A stretch of 61,716 nt of DNA, the filler included, from Vannella sp. (Eukaryota): assembly GCA_023345925.1 (NCBI GenBank). It is 6 parts of 6 records of this genome, joined end to end, with 100 filler letters (N's around TTAATTAATTAA, not from the genome) between each part and the next. Parts side by side here need not be neighbours in the genome. Positions count along the whole stretch, not along the records: positions 31,472 to 44,161 come from JAJQQN010000976.1; positions 44,262 to 53,924 come from JAJQQN010000509.1; 4 more parts are not named here. One strand, given 5' to 3'. The notes beneath the pieces were generated by a model. It worked only from the letters and a program-made list of their open reading frames with translations, was not told the DNA's origin and did no database searches. A program made the position numbers and the translations under genes. Position 1 is the first letter of the stretch; every line of letters begins with the position of its first letter. Positions 33,468 to 44,466 of this stretch are shown one piece after another.

Positions 33468-36400
33468 TTAAGCAGGTTGTGACACAGACCAGTTCTGTAA
33501 CAAAGTGTCTTGCACAGGTTCAGATAGCTGCCCAATGGCAAAGGACTTGTTGGCACTGCGAACAGTCCCATCAAGTGACTTCATCACTTCTCTGATGATG
33601 TCCTTGGCTCCTTCTTCTGCACAAAGAACGTTGGTTCCTTGTACTAGAACATGAGAGTGGGAAGGATCCCGCTTAACGCACAGGTGCAAGACACCTTTGA
33701 GTTGATTCATGTCCCCGCTCTTTTTGGCTTTTCCTGTCCCCAGAAGAGTCTGCGCAGCCGACTGATCAAGAGATTGGACAAAGTTCTCCAAAGATTCGTT
33801 CACCAAGTGAAGCCGGACAGACTTGGAGAGCGACGGGAAAGGGGACGAGAAAGTGCGAAGGGACTGGAAGAGAAGTTGTTCGCGAATTTTGAGGTTTTGG
33901 GACTCCAGGACCTTCTTCTTGAGAGTCAGTTGCTGGGTTAGTAGCTTAATATCGCTAACAGGCACCCCCAGAACTTCAGCAGTGGACTGAGCATAGCCGA
34001 GATGCTGGTCAAGATACTTTTCTGCGGCATCTCCGCTCAACGCTTCAATCCTGCGGATGCCTGCTGCCACAGAACTCTCCGAAACAATGATAAAGGGAGA
34101 GATAGCACCCGTCTGCCTCACGTGAGTGCCTCCACACAGCTCACGGGAGCAGAAATCAAGCTCGCTTTGGGGGTCAAAGACATCCACAACCCGAACAGTA
34201 TCAGAATACTTGTCACAGGAGTCCAGTGAGATAGCACCACTACCGATAGCATCATCATAAGACTGCTGCTTGGTTTCAACAGACAAGTTCCGACGAATGT
34301 TGTTTCGAACAATGTCTTGGACTTGCTTCAATTCAGAAGCTGTCAGAGGCTGGGGGTGGGAAAAGTCAAAGCGAAGACGGTCTGGACCAACATAGCTTCC
34401 GGCTTGGTGGACACTGTTCTCCCCAAGGACTTTCCGTAAAGCCGCATTCAAAAGGTGGGTGGCAGTGTGGTTGCGACTGCAGCGGTCGCGATTCGTTTCA
34501 TCGACAACAGCTCGAAGGAAGTTTGGTTCTCCAAAGTTTTTGTGCTCAAGAAGGCGCTGCCAAGTGGCTTCCGAATACTCTGCCACGAGAATGTTGTTTG
34601 CGTTGCTCATTGTAACGCAATTGGTGACTTCAATGCGTTCCCCAGTGGGAAATTGAAGATACCCACAGTCTCCTTTCTGGCCACCTCCTTCTGCGTAGAA
34701 CGGAGAGGGGTCAATACAGATGAAGATGCTCTTGTCGGTTCGGCCCTCTTCCAAGGCAAATCCGACTAGTTTGGAGGTTTCCTCGGTTTTCTGATAGCCT
34801 GTGAATACAACTGGATCTACCCGATTGGAAAGGAGCTGGAGAAGGTCGTTCTTGAGGAAGCTAAGACTGAAAAGACTCTTCCAAGTGCCTTTGCTCCGCT
34901 CTCGCTGCTCTTCTAAGAGCATATTGACAGCTGTAAAGTCGATTTCGTAGCCCACCTTCTTAGCATAGATGCTTGTGAGGTCCAAGGGGAAGCCCATCGA
35001 GTCATACAATGAAAATACGAGTTTTGGGGGGAGCACTGGACGGGACTCTGGCCTCAATAAGCTGTCCCCTGGTGTTGCTCTTCCACAGGAGGTATCAAAA
35101 TAATCATCAAGCACCTTCAGGCCTTGATGAATGACCTTGTGGAAGAGCTGCTCCTCTTGAGTGAGGAATTGACATATCATAGACTGTCTTTCAATGAGCT
35201 CTGGATAGGCCCCTCCCAAGGTTTGCAAGACAGAAGGATAGAGAAGCTCGAGACAGGGTTCACGGGCTCCCAACAGGTGAGTCTGGAGGATGAGCCGGCG
35301 GAGGATGCGGCGAAGGACATATCCTCGTCCTGTGGCAGCGGGGGTGATTCCATCAGCTATCATAATAGATGCAGATCGCATGTGATCGATGATGATGCGA
35401 AGAGAAACGCTGGCCTCCATCACAGCAGGAATTCTGTGCGCCTCTTCAGAGAAGTCGGCATAAGGAATGTCCTTCTGAGTGATGGAGGACAGAGTAGCTC
35501 TGGCGTGCTGAATCATCGTTCGAAGAGAGTCTATTTGGAAGCAAGAATTGGACGTGCCCTGAACCACAGAGGCCAAGCGCTCTAATCCCATTCCAGTGTC
35601 CACGCAATGTCCGCCCCGTAGAGGTTCCCAGTCCTCTGGGACCCACTGGTAAGAGTTTCTAGGCCTTCCATTGTGTTGATATTGCATGAAGACAAGGTTC
35701 CAGACCTCCAGGCAATTGGGATCGTCCGTTGGAGGAAGTTCTCGGGAGAAGCTTGGATTCTCCGAAAAGTCAAAGTAGATCTCCGTACACGGACCACAAG
35801 GAAGCCCAGGGTCACCGCCCATGCTCCAGAAGTTGTCTTTCATGCTACAATCCCACGCAATCTTGCCATGGTCGCGCGCCCAGATCTCCCTCGCCTCGTG
35901 GTCGCTCTCATGGACTGTCACTTTGAGTCTTCGATGATCCAAGCCAACCCTGCTCTCATACAACATCATGTGTAAGTAACAAACGCAAGAGACTGGCTTG
36001 GAACGCACTCTTTGGTGAGGAACTGCATCGCGAGGTAGATTGCGTCGCGTTTGTAGTTGCCTGAAGCAGGAGGGAGCTGGAATGACCCGCACATCTCAAA
36101 GAAGCTGAAGTGACGACGACTAACACCCACATTCTCCAAGTCGCAGTCCTTCCCACCCGCTCGCACACACTTTTGCACTGTGGTGAGGTTTCTCTCCTGC
36201 TCTGTGCTATCCCGGCGACTTAGAGACAGGCCAAATGAAAGAAGGAAGCACTACAAAGGTAGTACGCCATACCTGTGGTCGGGATTGAGGATGCGGTCCT
36301 TGAAAGGGACCATCCCCGCAGACGTGAACAACAAAGAAGGGTCCTGGCGCGGTACAACCGAAGCAGAAGGAAGAGCACGGTACCCATTCCTCACATAGAA

Positions 36401-36487
36401 GTCTGTGAACTTCTCTCGGATGCTGTTGGTGCTTATCCAGCGCTTCCCAGCCGAAAGAGGAGTTCGGGGGTTGGCTACCCGCCACAT
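33468..36487 (-). CDS. AARS2: Alanyl-tRNA synthetase (mitochondrial-type)
   Basis: [58 protein letters not shown]. Confidence 0.93.
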
Positions 36488-36567
36488 CTCCTCGTCCTGG
36501 GGCAAATGACCACTCGTGGACACTCCTAAGTGTGATACAACCATTCCTTATCGTCGTCCTGGTGCAG

Positions 36568-37499
36568 ATGGAGTCCCTGGTGGCTGGAGCAGTCCAAGTT
36601 CTGATGACGGCGGACACTACAGCGAAGGCTGAGCTCACTGAAGTGGTTGCGGGCGCCTGGCAGAGAGGAGAGATCCCAAATGTGATGCTGGGCGACTCTG
36701 AGCGCGAGACTCCGCCTCGCGAGCCAGCTCGCCCTTCCGATATCCTTTTGGTTGAGCCCAGGCTCGCTCCTAAGCGTGGGAAGGGTGGTATGGAGCTCCT
36801 CTGACTCCCATTGTACCTCCTTATCGTATGAAAGGGACCGCTAAGAGCCGGATGGCTATGATCCACTCCCTCGTCCACATCGAGTCTGTCGCGATTGATT
36901 TATCGTGGGATATCATCGCTCGCTTCCAGTCAGACGACTTACCGAGAGAGTTCTATGATGACTTTGTCCGGATAGCTCAAGACGAGGCCAAGGTAGCTCT
37001 GGGAAGGTGCAAGGGAGAGTTTCAGCACTAACCGAAGGTGTAGCACTACACCATGTTGAAGCAACGGCTTGAGGAGCTGGGAGGGCATTACGGAGACTTT
37101 GAGGTACACTCTGGTCTTTGGCAGAGTGCTCTACAGACAGCTGATCACTTGATCGACCGTTTGGTGATCGAGCATATGGTTCATGAAGGGCGTGGACTGG
37201 ATGTAACTCCTCTGACTATCGACAGACTGAGGAAGAACGGAGATGGTGTATCTGCCACACTGCTGGAAGAGATCCTGGAGGACGAACTCACCCATGTCTC
37301 GGCTGGTCTCAAGTGGTTCACCTTCCTGCACCGCCGAGAGCAGCCCAACGCCTCACAGGAGCAAGTCATCGCTCACTTTCACCAAGTGGTACGCAGGAAC
37401 TTCCGTGGCAACCTCAAACCTCCCTTCAACGATGCGATGCGCACTCGCGCCGGAATGACCCCCGAATGGTACATTCCTTTGACCCATGATGAGCTGTGA
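36568..37499 (+). CDS. DUF455 (HI0077-like) ferritin-like protein
   Basis: PARP, IHSLVHIESVAIDLSWD, DEAKH, HSGLW, HEGRGLDV, DELTHV, LKPPFN. Confidence 0.88.
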
Positions 37500-37812
37500 T
37501 ACCCTACACCCCCTCCTTATACAATGAAGAGCCACACTCTAGCACAGAATAGCTCAGCAGCCTGAACCGTCTTCTTCCTCCGCATTCCTGCCATCCACAC
37601 CCTGCATGACGCTCCCGAACAGCTCCTGAAGAGCTCCCTACAAGAGTACAGTCTCTTACGAGGTGCAGCACCTACCCAGGACTCCTCCCGTACTTTCAGT
37701 GAGCCAGTGGAGAAGGAAGAGGGAAGAAGACTCTTCCAAAGCGTCCTCTGGCAAGGTAGTTGGGATGCTCAGAAGTGAGGGACGAGCATACAACGGAGGG
37801 AAGCATCTTTTG

Positions 37813-39019
37813 ATGGCCGAGTTGACGGAGTTGGCGACGGAGTCCAACAAATGGACGTTTTCCTCGTCGGGTGGCCGTTTGTTGAGGTGGGTGGAGTTAT
37901 GAGGGTTGTAATGGAGTCACAGAGTGACAAGTTATCAGGTGGGAGAGCTACGATCCTCGGACGAAGGTCTGGCGCTTGTTATGCGACGGAGACGCTCGTC
38001 TTCCTCCCACGGAGGACTGTTTCAAGGGCAGCTTGCTCTTTCCATGGTGCAATCGCATTGCAGGCGTATCCTACCTCACAGAGGATGAGAAGGGTGAACT
38101 GAGCGTCCCTGTGCCCGTCAAACAAGAGAAGAATGGCCATCTTCATGGAGGAGAGGTTGCGGATGCTTCTTGGACGCTTGTGAGCGTTAAGCCAGCAAGT
38201 GAGGTTGTCTACAAGCTAACCATTGATCCCTCAAAGTCAGAGTACTACCCACATGGGCTCCAGTGCACTGTACGGTACCAAGTGGTGGGTTTGGGTCCTT
38301 CTCGTGAGGAAGACTCGGGAGAGGTCCAGCAGGACGCAGAGGAAGCCTCTGTCCTTGCGACCATCAACAGCGAAGCCAAGATACCTTCCTTCTTTACTGT
38401 GGATGAGTGCTTACAAGCCAAGGACCCGGAGGAAGAAGCTTTGGTGGAAGGCTTGCGCGTGGAGATTGAAGTAGAGAGCGTGGAGCAGAAGAAGGACGCT
38501 TGGGTTGGTTTAGGTGCTCACTTGTACTTCAGAAACCCCTTTGGAGGACCCATCAACGAGCTGAGCATGGCGCTTCGAGTGAAAGGAGAAGTTGTTGTGG
38601 ACGAGGCTCTGATTCCTCTTCATCCGGTCCAGATAGTCGATCCTCCTCTTGACCATGACTTTGACAGCCTTCTCCCTCGCCCTCTGGGCGCCATAGAGCT
38701 CGATAACTGCTTCCAATTGGACTTGGAGGTCGCAGAGGAAGAAGAGGGTGCTGCGCTTGCTGTCTTGCAGAAGGATCACTTCTTGTTAGAAGTGATACCA
38801 GAGAGAACAGAAAGCCGTGCCAGAGGGCATGAAGGGAAGCCAGCCGTCCAATTCCTGCAGGTTTATACAATTCCGGACCGAAGTTGCATTGCCCTTGAGC
38901 CGCAAACTTCACTCGCCAATCACTTCTCCTATCCGTATGATCCTTCTTATGCCAACAATATTCTGAAGCCTTCTCAGTCCCTTCTGTTCTCCACCCTCTA
39001 TTTGGTGACTTGGTCCTAA
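37813..39019 (+). CDS. Aldose 1-epimerase / galactose-mutarotase-like protein
   Basis: GGRLL, LFPWCNRI, HLHG, YP, GAHLYF, DNCF, QVYT, IALEPQT. Confidence 0.8.
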
Positions 39020-39951
39020 CTGACTTCGAAGTGGGATTCTCTCGTGCCAGCTCCTCCAATTATGGCATCATCTCTTAAGCCATCCCACTTCTAAGTAAAG
39101 GAACTTTGGTTTGGCTCTTCCACTCTGCAATCATGTCATTGAGTGACAAAGGACATTTTCCCACTCGGATAACACTGACTTGGAGTTGAGACCATGTCGT
39201 AATGCGGCCCGGATGTATCAATCGAGCCTTGTTAGGACCTTCTAGTTTCCTAGGCCGGAGGGGGAACTCCTTGGAAAGGGTAAACAAGTCGACAGAGTGA
39301 GGGGAATGGAGGTTGGGGCGCTGTGCAATAGGTAGAGGCCCAACATACATATCAAGATAGTTGTCCATGTATCCTTCATTGAAAAGGATGCGCTACAGCC
39401 CTGGCGAAGGTCTCGGGCCGTGCAAAGAGAGGCTTGAGTAGGTCGCCAACTTGTATCAAAAGTCCGCCACTTCCACTAACTTGACCAAAGCTGCTCCATC
39501 TGCAATTCATTGGAAGACTGAGAGTTGACTGCCCACTAAACCATGTCCTTTGGTTGTATCTCATCGGTTGTGGCCTTGTTTAGGCGTTGCCTACCTCGTG
39601 CTTTTAACTGGAGAGGACCACTGAGTGCATTTCTTGAGTAATCTCATGTCCACAAAGTACAACTGAATACAACCGGCTCTCCTTCGAAGTCCTTGAAAGC
39701 GCTCATGGACCGAGACATGGAGAAGGGTCCAGGCCATTGAGGGTGATTCCCCTTCTCTTGGCGGGCCAAACCCTTGGAAAAGTCTCGACCAATCCACACC
39801 GACCGATCGATCGCTCCGGAGAGATTCGCCGGATCGATCGATCGCTCCGGAGATTCACCAATTAGACGTGTCCTTGTGGCTGCACACGCGTTGGGCATGT
39901 TTTAAAGTTCTGTTCCAGTCCTCCGTTCACTTTTGTTTGGACCGCGGCTGA

Positions 39952-42900
39952 ATGCGCCTCTGCAGATCTCTTCTTCTTTTGGTGTTCGTCTCGAACTCCT
40001 TTTGCATCTTGCCCGCCTCTGAGATGGTCTCTCTGGACGAGCTCTTCGTTGCCACCATTCAATCTGGATTGCCGAACTGGAACTCAGAACCCGACTATTG
40101 CCAACGAGTTGGCGTGATGTGTGACTCTGGAGGTTCAACAGTTTTGGAGCTCCATTTTGCCGACTTGAACTTGGCAGGGTCGTTTCCCTCTTTATCCAAT
40201 CTGACCAACCTCGCTCGACTGTATGACCCGTCAATTCTTCGTGTGTTCACCTGTTTCTCACAGCTCTTAGGAACTTTAGTGGAAACCTGATCTCAGGACC
40301 CCTCCCGGTTTGGAATCTGACCTCTCTGGCGTACAATGTAAGGAACGGCCTGCTGTTTGCATTTGGTGCTTTCCTGATCATGGACATCAAGGGACTTGCG
40401 TTCCAATAAGATCAATGGACCCCTTCCCAATTGGAACTTGGCGAACCTGGTGTACATGTAAGAAGGGGCCTTCTCTTTGCATTTGGTGCTTTCCTAATCA
40501 TGAACATCAAGGGACTTGCGTTCCAACGAGATTAATGGAACCCTTCCGAATTGGATCCTTCCCAACCTGTTGGCTATGTAAGGAAGAGCCTTCAGTTCAT
40601 GTAAGGAAGGGTCTTCTCTTTGCACATGGTGCATTGCTGATCGTGAACACCAAAGGGTCTTGCTATCCAACCAGATCAATGGACCCCTTCCGAATTGGAA
40701 CTTGCCGAACCTTCAGTACATGTAAGGAAGGGCCTTCTGTTTGCATTTGGTGCTTTCCTGATCACGAACATTAAGGATCTTGCAATCCAACCAGATCAAA
40801 GGACCCCTTCCGAATTGGAGCTTGCCCAAGCTCATTTACATGTAAGGAAGGGCCTTCTCTTTGCATTTGGTGCATTGCTGATCATGAACATCAAAGGGGC
40901 TTGTCTGGCAACAAGATCGATGGAGCCCTTCCCAATTGGATCCTTCCCAAACTACAAGACATGTAAGGAAGGGCCTTTTCTTTGCATTTGGTGCTTTTCT
41001 GATCATGAACATCAAGGCAGCTACATTCCAATCAGATCTCAGGACCCCTTCCCAATTGGGACTTGCCGAACCTGGTGTACATGTAAGGAAGGGTCTTCTC
41101 TTTGCATTTGACGCGTTCCTGATCTTAGATATCAAGGCAGTTGTTTAACAACAAGATCAATGGGCCTCTCCCCAATTGGATCCTTCCCAGACTACTAGAC
41201 ATGTGAGGAAGTCTTTGCATTTGGTGCTTTCCTGATCATGAACATCAAGGCAGTTGTATTCCAACCAGATCTCGGGAGCCCTTCCCAATTGGGACTTGCC
41301 GAATCTTCAGTACATGTAAGGAAGGGCTTCTGTTTGCTTTTGGCACATTGCTGATCATCATTTGCAGGGACTTGTCTTCCAATCAGATCTCGGGACCCCT
41401 TCCCAATTGGAACTTTGAACTACGCACTCTGTGAGCCCCTCTCCCAACTTGGCATTCTGAATTTGACAAACGGCCATCAAAAGATACTTGTCAGCCAACC
41501 AAATCACCGGAACGCTCCCATCTTGGAATTACACGAAGTTGGAGAAGTTGTGAGGTCCCATTCTGTTGATCCATTTCGTGTCTAACGAATGCCTTTCAAA
41601 CAGGAGACTCAACAGCAACCTGATTCAAGGAGAAGTACCGTCTTGGCCAAATCTACCACTTTATGCAGGCCCTCCAATGTAAGTTCACTCCCCAAGGACC
41701 TTCCTCTTCTTTCTTATTATCTTTCAGACTGCTGGATGACAACTTCTTGTGTGGACCTCTCCCTTCAGTCTTAGGCTCTCCACCTCCCCTGGGAGTCCCA
41801 AATGCCACACTCCAAGCGAATGGATCATCAAACTTTGAGTGTCCTGTTCCTCCTTATTGCACAAACTGTAACTGCTCCCAATCCTTCCTTTGCCCTACCC
41901 TGTCGGCGACGCCATCCTTCTCCCCAACTCCTTCTTCCTCGGTAACTCCATCCTCCTCAGAAACGCCATCCTCTTCGGTAACGCCATCCTCTTCGGTAAC
42001 GCCATCCTCCTCGGAAACCTCCTCGGAGACACCATCCTCCTCGGCAACGCCATCGGAAACGCCATCCTCTTCGGCAACGGAATCAGAAACGCCATCCTCT
42101 TCGGCAACGCCATCAGAAACGCCATCCTCCTCGGTAACGCCATCGATAACGTCATCGGAAAGTCCATCCTCTTCGACAACTCCATCGGAAAGTCCATCCT
42201 CTTCGGCAACGCCATCCTCTTCAGCAACGCAATCGGAAACGGCTTCCTACTCTGCGTCTCCATCCGAAACGGCATCCCCCTCGACAACGGCATCAACTTC
42301 GGTAACAGTATCCTCCTCGGTATCTCCATCGGAAACGCTTTCCTCATCGGCAACGGAATCCTCCTCGACCACGCCATCAATTTCTCCGTCCTCTTCGGTA
42401 ACAGCATCCTCCTCAGTTTCTCCGTCGGTAACGGCATCCCCCTCGGCATCTCCGTCGGAAACGCTATCCCCTTCGGTAACAGCATCCTCCTCGGTAGAGC
42501 CATCCTCTTCGGTAACACAATCCTCTTCGGAAACGCTATCCACTTCGGTAACAGCATCCTCCTCGACCACGCCATCGATAACGCCATCCTCTTCGGTCAC
42601 ACCATCCTCCTCGGCATCTCCGTCGGAAACGCTATCCCCTTCGGTAACAGCATCCTCCTCGACAACGCCATCGATAACGCCATCCTCTTCGGTATCGCCG
42701 TCCTCCTCGGTAACGGCATCGGCATCGGCAACGGGATCATCTTCGATAACATCCTCCTCGACGACGCCATCCTCTTCGGTAACGCCATCCTCTTCTATAA
42801 CGCCATCCTCTTCGGAAACGCCATCGAAAACTCCACCCTCTTCGGCATCTCCATCTGAAACACCATCCTCCTCGGTAACGGCATCCTCTTCGATAACTCC

Positions 42901-43855
42901 ATCCTCTTCGGCAACTCATTCGGAAATGGCATTCTCTTTGAAAACACCATCGCCCTTAGTCACGCCATCTACTTCGGGAACGGAATCTTCCTCGGTGATG
43001 CCTATTTCTTCGATAATGGCATTTTCCTCAGAGACACCTTCTTTTTCGATGGCACCCCCTTCGAAGACAGTGGCCTCCTTGAGAACGGCGTCTTCCTTGG
43101 CAACGGCAACCTCCTTGAGAATAGAATCCTCCTCAGCGACTCTATCAGAAACACCGGTAACATCCTCCCCATCCGCAAGCCCTCTTGTTGCAGCAAGTGG
43201 CACGCTTCCTCCGTTCCAGCGCTGGGAGCTGGAAGGGGTAATTGTGACGATTGCGAGAGACTCATTTCCAGTGGGCGGGAGTGTCACAGTGCTTCCCTCT
43301 CTGACGGTAGAAGAGCCTGCTTCCATCACACTTCAATCAACCCGGATGGAGATCGTCGTCCAAGACGACGATGGTACAAGCAGTTCCCTTTCAAGCGCTG
43401 GCGAGGCTTGCTTCGCTCTATTCCCACCCCAACGCAGCCTCGACGAGTACTGCGTGGTTGCCCTTGAGAGAGGAAACATCCAGTGCGTCAGCGCAGGTCT
43501 GTACAAGAGCAGTCCAGACGGAACGGACAAAGCTTGTGGGGATGTCCGATTCTCTTCCGGCCGATTTAGCGTCGGGTTTCGTTCTGATGTCGACCAAGCG
43601 CGTTCTCTGTCTGCCACTCCTCTTCCGTCTGCATCTGCTCATCTTCTTCCCACGGTAGTGGAGGTCCCCATTCCGGTCCCGTTCCCCGTTCCTGTTCCCG
43701 TTCCCCAACCAATCCCTGGTCCTGTCCCTAATCCTGCTCCCCAACCAATCCCGGTTCCTGTTCCCAACCCTGTTACTGTCCCGTTCCTTGATAGTTCTCC
43801 TGCAACGGCCTTGATTGGATGGATGGCTATCACCGGGTTTGTGATGGCTGTTTAA
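39952..43855 (+). CDS. Cell-surface LRR receptor-like protein (SP-LRRNT-LRRs-Cys cap-S/T/P stalk-GAIN-like-VP repeats-GPI-type tail), 14 exons
   Basis: Exon 1 39952-40220; single-LRR exons at 40271, 40392, 40512, 40656, 40776, 40897, 41017, 41137, 41250, 41368, 41484, 41604; last exon 41728-43855. Confidence 0.85.
40338..41430 (+). repeat. Tandem ~120-bp intron+exon array (9 units)
   Basis: Intron consensus gtaaggaagggccttctctttgcatttggtgctttcctgatcatgaacatcaag followed by a 66-nt LRR exon (last one 63 nt). Confidence 0.95.
41900..42920 (+). repeat. Degenerate coding minisatellite (TPSSSV/E/A-type stalk repeats)
   Basis: Repeated ccatcctcttcggtaacg-like 18-mers. Confidence 0.9.
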
Positions 43856-44161
43856 GATGCCAAAGCCCTTCCTCTTCTTAACCTTCGTTTTGCCAAGTTC
43901 CATAAACTATCTTCTGATAACCAACCAAGGGACCCTTAGAGTCTCTGTCCCCACTTGTTTGCCATCTATCTCACGTATCCGTTCACTTGCAAGTACGAAG
44001 AGAGGTGCGACCATTCACTGGCACGTCGGTGCGACGAAAAAGCAAACAACATCAACGCGATCGCCGCCACCATCACTCAAGTCCACCACCAATGAACCAT
44101 CTAAGATTGGGGTGTTTACTTTGGTTCCTGGACCAATTGGGACGAGTGGTCCAAGATCAAG

Positions 44162-44261
44162 NNNNNNNNNNNNNNNNNNNNNNNNNNNNNNNNNNNNNNN
44201 NNNNNTTAATTAATTAANNNNNNNNNNNNNNNNNNNNNNNNNNNNNNNNNNNNNNNNNNNN
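44162..44261. other. Artificial contig-joining spacer
   Basis: N44-TTAATTAATTAA-N44. Confidence 0.97.
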
Positions 44262-44262
44262 G

Positions 44263-44466
44263 TTCGGAGTTCCTGTCCAGGTTCCAGTTCCAGTTCCAGT
44301 TCCAGTCCCGGTTGAAGTGCCCGTACCAGTTCCAGTACCTGTGCCGGTATCAAGTCCTGCTCCCGTTCCTATTCCCGTTCCTGATGGTCCAAAAGACAGC
44401 GGGGTAGCTTCCAGTGTGCCACTTCTCTTCTTCCCGGCTTTTATTCTTGCAGCTTTGCTTTTCTAG
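44263..44466 (+). CDS. 3' end of a VP-repeat, GPI-type surface protein (partial)
   Basis: FGVPVQVPVPVPVPVPVEVPVP...DSGVASSVPLLFFPAFILAALLF*. Confidence 0.7.
   Translation, partial: FGVPVQVPVPVPVPVPVEVPVPVPVPVPVSSPAPVPIPVPDGPKDSGVASSVPLLFFPAFILAALLF

Noticed and set aside
40310..41148. Cys-rich repeat ORFs in the ORF track (CIWCFPDH...)
   Set aside because: Read-through artefacts of the 120-bp intron-exon period.
40338..41430. CRISPR array (regular repeat/spacer appearance)
   Set aside because: The repeats are GT-AG introns, the 'spacers' are mutually homologous LRR exons, the context is eukaryotic and no cas genes are present.
41890..43329. Overlapping GNAILF / MALPKR / TEEDG repeat ORFs
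   Set aside because: Alternative frames of the S/T/P stalk minisatellite.
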